From: Candidatus Rifleibacteriota bacterium
GTDB taxonomy: Bacteria > Muiribacteriota > Ozemobacteria > Ozemobacterales > Ozemobacteraceae
Length of the DNA stretch: 64,000 nucleotides
Direction of reading: 5' to 3'
Assembly (NCBI GenBank): GCA_012517355.1
Contig: JAAYVD010000014.1
Span: 17,264 to 81,263, forward strand
Shown piece after piece: positions 37,472 to 45,249 of this stretch (position 1 is its first letter; the number at the start of each line of letters is the position of its first letter). Below the pieces are notes generated by a model, which saw only the letters and a list, made by a program, of their open reading frames with translations, searched no databases and had not been told where the DNA came from. Both the position numbers and the translations under genes were made by a program.

Positions 37472-38428
37472 TCAGAGGTCGCGGTCAACCTTGAACAAGA
37501 AATCCCTGGGATCGCGACCGCCGATGGCGAGCCGGATGTTGCCCTGGTGGTCGTTGCGATAGATCTTGGCGCCCAGGGAGCCATACAGGCTGATCGCGGC
37601 GGGCGAGGGATGGCGGAACGGGTTGTCGCGGCCGACCTGGATGACGCCGCATTCGGGGGCGACCAGGTCGAGGAAAGGTTTGTAGATGCTGGTTTCGGAT
37701 CCGTGGTGCGGCACCTTGATGACCTGGACCTTCAGACCCGGCCCGTAGCGGGTCAGTTCCATCTGCACCTTTTCCTCGACGTCGCCGGTCAGGAGCAGGG
37801 CGACCTTGCCGTAGCGCACCAGCAGGACCACCGACATGTTGTTGATGTCGGAGAACTCCTGCGACTTCACCACCTCGACGGGATGGAGGACCTGGACGAA
37901 GAGTTCCTCTCCCCAGTCGAGGATGTCTCCGGCCTGGGCGACGGAGCGGGGAATCCGCTTCTGCTGGCAGAGGGCCCCGAAGTCCTTGAAGGTGGCGGTA
38001 TCGAAATCGCTGCCGCACTCCCAGACGTGATCGACGCGAAACAGCTTGAGGACGGGAAGGATGCCGCCGAGGTGATCGTTGTGGGGGTGGGTGACGAGGA
38101 CTCCGTCGAGGCGGGTGATTCCCAGTTGCCGCAGGTAGTAATGGACCAGTTCCCGGCCTTCCGATTTGGCCTGGGAGAGGGGGACGTTGGTGCCTGCATC
38201 GACGAGGAAGGCGCGGCCGTGGGGGGTTCGCAGGAGGATGGCGTCGCCCTGGCCGACGTTGATGAAATCGACCAACAGGTCGCGGTGGAAGGGCGGGGTC
38301 AGGAGGCCGCCCAGGTTGGGGCTGAGGACGACGGCCCAGACGGCCAGGAAGACGAGGAAGAGGAAGATGAAAATGAAGCGGCTGCTGTTGGACTGGAAGG
38401 ATTTCTGCTCGAACCCGTATTCGACCAT
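37472..38428 (-). CDS. Membrane-anchored metallo-beta-lactamase fold hydrolase (ComEC C-terminal-domain-like)
   Basis: N-terminal TM, NVGQGDAILL, and an intact HxHxDH motif (THPHNDHLGG); later KVPHHGS. Confidence 0.8.
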   Translation of the reverse strand: MVEYGFEQKSFQSNSSRFIFIFLFLVFLAVWAVVLSPNLGGLLTPPFHRDLLVDFINVGQGDAILLRTPHGRAFLVDAGTNVPLSQAKSEGRELVHYYLRQLGITRLDGVLVTHPHNDHLGGILPVLKLFRVDHVWECGSDFDTATFKDFGALCQQKRIPRSVAQAGDILDWGEELFVQVLHPVEVVKSQEFSDINNMSVVLLVRYGKVALLLTGDVEEKVQMELTRYGPGLKVQVIKVPHHGSETSIYKPFLDLVAPECGVIQVGRDNPFRHPSPAAISLYGSLGAKIYRNDHQGNIRLAIGGRDPRDFLFKVDRDL

Positions 38429-38456
38429 GCTCTCCCTTTCGGCCGCGGCGGGCCGG

Positions 38457-39080
38457 TCATTTCACCTCGATGAGATCGACGAACTTCTGCAGCTTGGCGG
38501 CGGTGAGGCCGGGAACGTCCTGGAGGTCCTCCAGGGTGTGAAAGCCGCCCCGCTGGTTGCGCACGTCGACGATGGCCTTGGCGGTGGTCTTGCCGACCCC
38601 GGGCAGTTTTTCGATCTCCTCGAGCGAGGCGAAGTTCAGGTTCAGCTTCAGGCCGGCGCCGAGGCCGCCGGAGCGGCCGCCCTTGGCGGTGAGGAACCGG
38701 CGCAGGGTGGAGTATTTTTTCTTGGTCATTCCCTTCAGGGACATCAGTTCGTTGAGGTCCTTGATCTCGCCCTTCTCCTGTCGGTATTCGAGGATGCGCT
38801 GGGCAAAGGCCTTGCCCATGCCGGGCAGCATGTCGAGGTCGGCCAGGGTGGCCTGGTTGATGTTCAGCTTGTTGTGATCGTCGCCGCCGCTTTCCGCCGA
38901 ATCGAACTCCTTCCCGATGGGTTTGCGGTCGGTCAGGGCCTGGACGGCCCGGATCTCCTCCTGGACGGCCAGGTTGTGGGCATGGTTGGCCCGGACCTTG
39001 AGCAGGATGACGCCCCCTCCGATCAGGATGCCGACGATCAGGAGGGTGAAGGTGATCTTCTCGAGCCGGGTGAGGACCAT
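38457..39080 (-). CDS. comEA: ComEA-like DNA receptor with two helix-hairpin-helix modules
   Basis: N-terminal TM and two copies of the INxAxxxxLxxLPGxGxxxAxxI pattern. TGATG 1-nt overlap with comEC. Confidence 0.8.
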   Translation of the reverse strand: MVLTRLEKITFTLLIVGILIGGGVILLKVRANHAHNLAVQEEIRAVQALTDRKPIGKEFDSAESGGDDHNKLNINQATLADLDMLPGMGKAFAQRILEYRQEKGEIKDLNELMSLKGMTKKKYSTLRRFLTAKGGRSGGLGAGLKLNLNFASLEEIEKLPGVGKTTAKAIVDVRNQRGGFHTLEDLQDVPGLTAAKLQKFVDLIEVK

Positions 39081-42000
39081 CAGGTGTCTGGCTTCCCTTC
39101 GCGGGGGATGAACCGTTTCACGGCGAGATCGTCTTTCAGGACGTCGACCTGGATGGCGCCGTCGGTCTGGGTCTGGAAGAAGATCTCGGCGAGATCGCGG
39201 ATGCGGCGTTCGACCTGGATGCCCCTCCCGTCGAGGATCTTCTTCATGTAGAACCCTTCCATGAGCCAGGAGGAAGGTTTCCGCCAGCTGAGGGCGACCC
39301 GTTGGAACCGGCCCTGGGCCAGCATATCCCAGAATTCCTGGAGTGGGAAGGGGAGGTCGGCGAGGAAGAGGACGTCGACCTTTTCGGGCAGGACCTTGGG
39401 CAGGGAATACATGCTGCCCGACGAGTAGACGAACCGGCGGTTCCCTTCAGAGACCTGCAGGATGGCGCCGTCGTAATACACGGAGAACCGCTCGGGATCC
39501 CTGTCGGGATACAGGACCTCGAGGGTGTCCTCGAACCCGGGCACGCGTCGGCCGGCCATGAGGCGGCCGACCGGGATTCCCTTCTGGTGGACCCGTTTGA
39601 TCAGGGCATTGAACGCCTGGAAGGCCTGGTCCCAGTAGTAGTTGGGCGGGGAGGAAGGGATGATGCCCTTGCGGAAATCGGCTTCGATCTTCATGTCGGC
39701 GAAGGAGAACCGTTTGACGAACTCCTGGAAGGGGATGAGGCGGCCGTCGGTGGGGATGTCGAAGGGGGCGAGGATCTGGCCGATCTGGTAGGAGTCGGCG
39801 ATGCTCATCAACCCGGAGACGCGTTCGGGAAGGGCCGTGGTGAGGATCACGGTATCGAGACGGTCGATGAACTTTTCCGACAGGGCGGGCTGGGTGACCC
39901 GTTCCCCGACGTCGTATTCGGAGAGGCTGTCACGCATGCCGGCATCGATGAGGGCGGCGCGGCCCCCTTTTTCGACCAGGAGGGCGGAGCCGAAGCCGAC
40001 GTCGAGCATGGTGCAGCGCAGGGATGGCTGCCGCTCGAGGCGGGAGAGGCCGAAGACGGCCAGGAACAGGCCCCCGGCCAGGAGCAGGCCGGCCACCAGG
40101 CCGATGGACAGTTTGTAGTCGGGGTCTTCCCAGAGTTCGGTGACGGCGCTCCACAGGGCGGCGGCGTATTCGGTGACGAGGTCCCAGTAGAAGTAGAGGT
40201 GCAGGGCGAGGTAATACAGGAGCACCAGGCCGATGCCGGGTTGGGAAACCCGGGGGAAGGGGATCAGCACGGCGAAGAAATGGGCCATGCCGAGAAAGAA
40301 CTTCACCCCGAGCCAGTTGGCCGCATTGAGGAGGAGGGCGAGATACAGGCCGATGACCGGGACGAAGGTGCCGATGATGGCGGCGACCATTCCCAACTGG
40401 ACGATCAGGCCGATGAGAGGGATGGCGATCATGTTGGCCATGGGCGAGGCCAGGGAGACCGATCCGAAATAAAAGGCGGACAGGGGGCCCATCATGGCCA
40501 GGAAGATGGACACCTGGGAAGCGGTGAAACTCTTCAGCCAGTTGGGGAGCATCTCGAAACTGTAGCTGCCGAACCCCGAGGAGGCGGCCAGCTTGCGACT
40601 GGCCCACAGGGTGGTGAGGATGTAGAGGGCGGCGGCCTGGAAGAACCAGGGGTGGATCACGAGGTCCCGTTTGACGATCACCACGCCGTAGAAGAGGAAG
40701 GATGCCACGGCGGCGAAGAGGAGCCCGTTGCCGCGGAGGCAGTCGCGCAGGAGCTTTTCGGCGGGGTCGGTGAACATGGCCAGGGCGTAGATGGCCATGA
40801 ACGACAGGACGAAGCTGGGCTCGGTCAGTTGCAGAGGGCTCATCGACAGGATGTAGGCGGCGGCCACGGCCAGGGAGAAGATGATGGACAACCGGAAGCC
40901 GCGGTCCTTGAGGTAGGCCCGCGACAGCACGAACAGGCTGTTCATGAGGGCGGCGCGGACGGCGGAACTGGGCCAGCCGACGATGAGGGCGAAGGTGAAC
41001 AGGCAGAAGACGATGATGGGGGCGAAGATCCGCATGGGGACCCGGAACATGGTGAAGATGCCGTAGAACAGCGCGGCGATGATGGTGACGTGGAGGCCCG
41101 AGACGGCCAGGACGTGGGACACGCCCGTCTTGCGGAACTCGGTGCCGACGATGGGGGGCAGGCCCCCCTTGAGGCCGAGCAGGACCCCGCCCAGGAAGGA
41201 GGATTCGGGATAGGGCATGGTCTTCTTGACGATCTTGAGGAACTCGGTGCGCAGGTAGAGGGCAAACCGGTACCACATGGCTCCGGAGGGGTTTTCGGCC
41301 AGGATGGTCACCCGGCCCGACTTGGCGGTGTGGCGGAATGTCCGGAAGACTCCCTGGTTGCGGAGATACTTCTGGTAATCGAGGCTGCCGGGGTTCCGCC
41401 GGGTGGAGGCCTTGTTGAACTGGCCAACCAGTTCGATGGTCTGGTCGAACTTGACCTGGCGGTATGCCTCGGTTTCCTGGTAGATGAGGGCCGAGATCAA
41501 CCCACCTTCGACCTCGACCTCCGGTTCGGGCGGCTCTTCGGGCAGGGCATAGCCGTCGGCCCCCTGGGGAAGCGGGGCCGCTCCCGACGCGGGAGTGGTT
41601 CCAGGCGAAGTTTCCTCGGGCTGTCCCTTCTTTTTCCGGCCCTTTTTGCGACCTTTGGCGGGGTCCTTGGTCTTTTTGGTGCGGACCACCTTCTGGACGA
41701 GCCGCGGTTTGACCTTCACCTCCAGGTAGTCGCCCTTGAGGTTGGGTTCCTCGATGACCTCGCCGACCACGCGCCACTTGGTCCAGGGGTCGGCGTTTTC
41801 CATGATCCGGTCGAGGTGCCGGGGGCCGACCGCGTGGATGGCCCCGGCATAGCGGTAGATGCCGAAACAGGCCATGGCGGCCATCAGGAACAGCACGCTG
41901 AGAACGGGGAACGCCTCCTCCTCGCGGAAAATGCTTCGGAAGGCTCCTTCCGAGATCGCCTCGGCATGGCGTTGCCAGAAGGGGATGGCGGCACCGACCA

Positions 42001-42109
42001 GCAGGAAGACGGTCAGAAGCAGGAAGAAGGCGACCGCGTGCAGGTCGAACAAGACCGCCAGGGCCATCCCGACGATGTAGGAGAAGGTGAAGAGGATGAA
42101 ATGACCCAC
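39080..42109 (-). CDS. comEC: ComEC/Rec2-family DNA internalisation channel with a degenerate C-terminal MBL domain
   Basis: 1009 aa. N-terminal OB (DUF4131-like) region with a Lys-rich insert, a polytopic competence domain and a C-terminal MBL-like domain lacking the metal ligands (VILTTALPERVSG where HxHxDH is expected). Confidence 0.85.
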   Translation of the reverse strand: MGHFILFTFSYIVGMALAVLFDLHAVAFFLLLTVFLLVGAAIPFWQRHAEAISEGAFRSIFREEEAFPVLSVLFLMAAMACFGIYRYAGAIHAVGPRHLDRIMENADPWTKWRVVGEVIEEPNLKGDYLEVKVKPRLVQKVVRTKKTKDPAKGRKKGRKKKGQPEETSPGTTPASGAAPLPQGADGYALPEEPPEPEVEVEGGLISALIYQETEAYRQVKFDQTIELVGQFNKASTRRNPGSLDYQKYLRNQGVFRTFRHTAKSGRVTILAENPSGAMWYRFALYLRTEFLKIVKKTMPYPESSFLGGVLLGLKGGLPPIVGTEFRKTGVSHVLAVSGLHVTIIAALFYGIFTMFRVPMRIFAPIIVFCLFTFALIVGWPSSAVRAALMNSLFVLSRAYLKDRGFRLSIIFSLAVAAAYILSMSPLQLTEPSFVLSFMAIYALAMFTDPAEKLLRDCLRGNGLLFAAVASFLFYGVVIVKRDLVIHPWFFQAAALYILTTLWASRKLAASSGFGSYSFEMLPNWLKSFTASQVSIFLAMMGPLSAFYFGSVSLASPMANMIAIPLIGLIVQLGMVAAIIGTFVPVIGLYLALLLNAANWLGVKFFLGMAHFFAVLIPFPRVSQPGIGLVLLYYLALHLYFYWDLVTEYAAALWSAVTELWEDPDYKLSIGLVAGLLLAGGLFLAVFGLSRLERQPSLRCTMLDVGFGSALLVEKGGRAALIDAGMRDSLSEYDVGERVTQPALSEKFIDRLDTVILTTALPERVSGLMSIADSYQIGQILAPFDIPTDGRLIPFQEFVKRFSFADMKIEADFRKGIIPSSPPNYYWDQAFQAFNALIKRVHQKGIPVGRLMAGRRVPGFEDTLEVLYPDRDPERFSVYYDGAILQVSEGNRRFVYSSGSMYSLPKVLPEKVDVLFLADLPFPLQEFWDMLAQGRFQRVALSWRKPSSWLMEGFYMKKILDGRGIQVERRIRDLAEIFFQTQTDGAIQVDVLKDDLAVKRFIPREGKPDT

Positions 42110-42110
42110 G

Positions 42111-42278
42111 TCAGTCGGTCTCTTCTGCCACTTCTACATTCGGGTAGTAGTCCTCGTTGGTGACGGCGATCTGGTCGGTCCGGTAGTCGGATTTGACGAT
42201 CAGCACGAACATGCCCAGCACCAGGGTGGTCAGGAGCATGGCGATGAGGAAGATCTGGCCGTCGTTCTCTTCCGCCAT
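42111..42278 (-). CDS. Possible 55-aa single-TM protein (below the ORF-track length cutoff)
   Basis: My own translation: MAEENDGQIFLIAMLLTTLVLGMFVLIVKSDYRTDQIAVTNEDYYPNVEVAEETD. The ATG is 6 nt after the upstream TAG, and the stop is 1 nt before the comEC start. Confidence 0.4.
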   Translation of the reverse strand: MAEENDGQIFLIAMLLTTLVLGMFVLIVKSDYRTDQIAVTNEDYYPNVEVAEETD

Positions 42279-42284
42279 GGGGGG

Positions 42285-43070
42285 CTAATCGCTGATGGCG
42301 GCCCAGACGTTGGTCGTGCGGACCCAGTCTTTGTACAGGCCGAAGAACTTGTCGAAGTCGAGGGTGGTGACCTGCCGGAAGACGTTCTCGGCATCGGCGT
42401 CCTCGAGGACGGCCATCAGGGTCGCGAATTTCTTGAAGAACTTGTCCGAGTAGTTCGAGATCAGCAACCGCACCATGAAAAATGCCTGGAAGGTGGCCAG
42501 CTGTCGGCGGTTGGCATCGGGGATGAGATGGAGGCTCTTGGCCATGACCGACGGTTTGATCAACTGCTCGGCCTTGAGGGCTTCCATGCAGATGTTCCAC
42601 CCGTTGACCAGGAATTCCTTGGAATCGGGGCGGATCTTGAACGGCACCTGGAGACAGATGCCCTCGCGCAACCAGGATGGGGTGCGGTAGGTGCGGATGC
42701 CGATTTCCCGCTCCTTCACCCCGGCGTTGAACAGGAGGTAGCACAACTGGCGGACGATGTCCTCACCCAGGTTTTTGGGAAGGTGGGAGGCCCCCAGCAT
42801 GAGGACGCTCTCGTCGGGCAGGATTCGCACCGTCTCGCCCATGGACATGGGCTTCTGGGTCACCCTTTCAATGGTGGCCAGGTCGGGATACAGGAAAATC
42901 TCCGCGGTGGGCGGTTCTTCGAGGCCGAAGACCATCTGGATGCCTGGAGTCGCCCGGTCGAGGTAATTGAGCATCTCCTCGGCGGCGACACTGTGCTGCA
43001 GATCGAAGTAGAGGCGGTAACCCTTGATCTCGAACTTCTGATTCAAGCCATCAACGAGGTATTTCGACAT
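42285..43070 (-). CDS. Hypothetical protein, first gene of the competence-like operon
   Basis: 261 aa, non-biased composition. SD GGGAGGG lies before the ATG at 43070. No motif recognised. Confidence 0.6.
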   Translation of the reverse strand: MSKYLVDGLNQKFEIKGYRLYFDLQHSVAAEEMLNYLDRATPGIQMVFGLEEPPTAEIFLYPDLATIERVTQKPMSMGETVRILPDESVLMLGASHLPKNLGEDIVRQLCYLLFNAGVKEREIGIRTYRTPSWLREGICLQVPFKIRPDSKEFLVNGWNICMEALKAEQLIKPSVMAKSLHLIPDANRRQLATFQAFFMVRLLISNYSDKFFKKFATLMAVLEDADAENVFRQVTTLDFDKFFGLYKDWVRTTNVWAAISD

Positions 43071-43091
43071 GGTCAGCCCTCCCGTCGCCTC

Positions 43092-43121
43092 ACCTTACCA
43101 CAGGCCTTCCCGGGGATTCAA
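43092..43121 (-). promoter_or_regulatory. Putative promoter of the competence-like operon
   Basis: Minus strand TTGAAT (43121-43116), 18-nt spacer, TGgTAAGGT extended -10 (-10 hexamer at 43097-43092). Confidence 0.4.
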
Positions 43122-43331
43122 CCCGACAGCCGGGGACAGGACCACCGGGGAGATGGAATCGGGGGGGGGGACGATCGGTTGATCCGGGCGGGGGAAACGG
43201 TCTCCTGGAAATGATGGAGGGGCGCGGGTTCGGGCTCCGGGTCCGGCCGGCCACGTGAGTTGTTCCCGTCGGCGGGGAGTGAAGGAAGGGGCAGGTTCGC
43301 CGGCGAGCGGAAGTCGGGGCGTTTTTTCCAG

Positions 43332-43361
43332 TTGTGGAATCCTGGGCGATTCTGGTATAGT
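43332..43361 (+). promoter_or_regulatory. Putative promoter of the cNMP/ParA-like/TPR gene
   Basis: TTGTGG (43332-43337), 18-nt spacer, TGgTATAGT extended -10 (-10 hexamer at 43356-43361). SD GAGGAGGG lies before the ATG at 43417. Confidence 0.45.
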
Positions 43362-43416
43362 ATCAGCTTCCAGACTCCCCGAACGCGAGAGGATACCATC
43401 GAGGAGGGTACCGCTA

Positions 43417-45195
43417 ATGTTAGACAAGATCGAACTGTTTTCCGGCCTGAACTCCAAGGAACTCAAAGACGTCGAGAACATCGCGAAGGTCCTGACCTTC
43501 GCCCGTGGCGAGACGGTCTTCAACCAGGGCGACTACTCGTCGGAGTTGTACATCATCGAGACCGGCCAGGTCGAGATCTCGGTGAAGGACATCCTCCAGA
43601 ACAAGCGTGTGCTGTCGATCGTCAAGAACGGGGACTTCTTCGGAGAGATGGCCCTGTTCGACAAGAACAGCACCCGGTCGGCCACGGCCAAGGCGGTGAT
43701 GAACACCAACCTGATCGTCATCCCGAGGCAGGAATTCGAACGGCTCCTGCAGTCCCGGCCGCAGATCAGCTTCAAGCTGCTGTCTGCCCTGTCCCGGCGT
43801 CTGCGGGAGGCCAACCTGCGGTCCTCCTCGTCGACCTCCCTGGAAAAGCGGACGGACGGACGGGTCATCGTGGTGGCGGCCCCCCAGAACGGGTATGGCA
43901 AGACCACCATGGCCACCACCCTCGCCCACCTGCTGACGGCCGAACTGGAGAAGCGGGTGTTGTACATCGACCTCGACCTCTGTTTCGGGGAAGGCACCTT
44001 CGTGATGGGCATCTATTCCCCGCGCTCCATCGTCAACCTCTGCCAGGGGCTCCGGGGCGGCCCCCCCTCGCGTGAAGACCTGTTCAAGCACTTCGTGCGG
44101 ATCACCGACAATCTCTTCGTCGTTCCCGCCCCGACCAACTTCCTCGACGGCGAGAACGTCAAGGGGGCCGACCTGGTCTCGATCATCAAGACCTGCAAGC
44201 CCCACTTCGACTACATCATCATCGATTCGGACAGCTCGGTCGAGGAGCGCCTCCTGAACGCCTTCGATCTGGCCGACCACATCCTGTTCCTGGTCCAGAC
44301 CAACGAGGTGCTGTCGCTCAAGAGCAACGTCCGGTATTTCCACGGGCTCGAGAAGTTGAACTACCCCGAGGACCGGATGAGCATCCTCATCGGGAAGGTC
44401 GGCGAGAAGTTCGACCTCGAGAAGAGCCGCAAGCTGTTCAAGTTCAAGGTGATCGGTGGCCTGCCGTTTATCCCCAACTACACCCCCCAGTATGGCCGCA
44501 GCGTGTATCACCTCGAACCCACCGGCAACTTCGTCGCGGTGGCCCGGGGCTTCATGAAAGGAACCTTCCGCGAGGAGTTCCCCGGGGAAAGCGAATCCGG
44601 CGGCCGCGGGTTCCTGTATCGCCTGTTCTTCGACAAGAACCAGAAGAGCACCGAACACAACATCCCGACCGACATGCCTCGCCCGATCGACCTGGTCGGC
44701 GGCAGCCATCCATCCGTCTCCGAGGAAGCGTTGTCGGTGCTGTTGAAATACATCCGCACCAACGTCATCTACGGGAACCTCGAAGAAGCGCGGTTCCAGA
44801 CCCTCAAGCTCCTGGAATTCTGCCAGAACTCGAGCACCCTGTACCAGATCCTCGGCGAGATCTTCATGCTCGAGAAGAACTTCTCCGAAGCCATCGATGC
44901 CTTCAAGCGCGCCATCGAAATCGACCCCGAGAACTACCTGGCGATCGGCTACCTGGGCGACCTGTCCTCCGACGATGCCTGCTTCGAGCGGGCCGTCTCC
45001 CTGCTGAAGGCCAAGCTCGAAAAGACCCCCAACTACCCCGATCTGCTCAATGACATGGGCAAGCTCCTGTACAAGAAGGGGGACTACGCCAAGGCCGAGC
45101 AGATGTTCCGCACCGCCCTGGAGAAGAACGTCGGCTACCTCGAAGGCCACATCAACCTGGCCGTCGTGCTCGGCGAGACGGGTAAATTCGACTAG
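43417..45195 (+). CDS. Cyclic-nucleotide-binding domain / ParA-TadZ(CpaE)-like ATPase / TPR protein, terminated by a TAG inside a TPR repeat
   Basis: cNMP motif FGEMALF...RSATAKA, deviant P-loop VVAAPQNGYGKTTMATT, DSDSS, then TPR repeats. See the finding on the in-frame TAG. Confidence 0.8.
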   Translation: MLDKIELFSGLNSKELKDVENIAKVLTFARGETVFNQGDYSSELYIIETGQVEISVKDILQNKRVLSIVKNGDFFGEMALFDKNSTRSATAKAVMNTNLIVIPRQEFERLLQSRPQISFKLLSALSRRLREANLRSSSSTSLEKRTDGRVIVVAAPQNGYGKTTMATTLAHLLTAELEKRVLYIDLDLCFGEGTFVMGIYSPRSIVNLCQGLRGGPPSREDLFKHFVRITDNLFVVPAPTNFLDGENVKGADLVSIIKTCKPHFDYIIIDSDSSVEERLLNAFDLADHILFLVQTNEVLSLKSNVRYFHGLEKLNYPEDRMSILIGKVGEKFDLEKSRKLFKFKVIGGLPFIPNYTPQYGRSVYHLEPTGNFVAVARGFMKGTFREEFPGESESGGRGFLYRLFFDKNQKSTEHNIPTDMPRPIDLVGGSHPSVSEEALSVLLKYIRTNVIYGNLEEARFQTLKLLEFCQNSSTLYQILGEIFMLEKNFSEAIDAFKRAIEIDPENYLAIGYLGDLSSDDACFERAVSLLKAKLEKTPNYPDLLNDMGKLLYKKGDYAKAEQMFRTALEKNVGYLEGHINLAVVLGETGKFD

Positions 45196-45249
45196 GCCCT
45201 GAAGACCCTCGAACTGATCGAGCCCAAGAACATCCGGGTCTTCTACCTG

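Noticed and set aside
39302-42163. 953-aa plus-strand ORF, and similar giants: 2466..4262, 4190..6103, 5926..8046, 11785..14256, 23947..25629, 35919..37466, 48678..50288, 50326..52683
   Set aside because: All lie antisense to genes with clear family motifs. They have the Gly/Asp/Glu/Val/His/Arg-rich composition typical of shadow frames in high-GC DNA, and none carries a recognisable motif.
45193-45195. TAG read as pyrrolysine or a reassigned sense codon
   Set aside because: TAG clearly terminates other well-supported genes here (pseudopilin at 398, S8 protease at 30278, the hypothetical at 42285). No pyl genes or PYLIS-like context are seen in the window.
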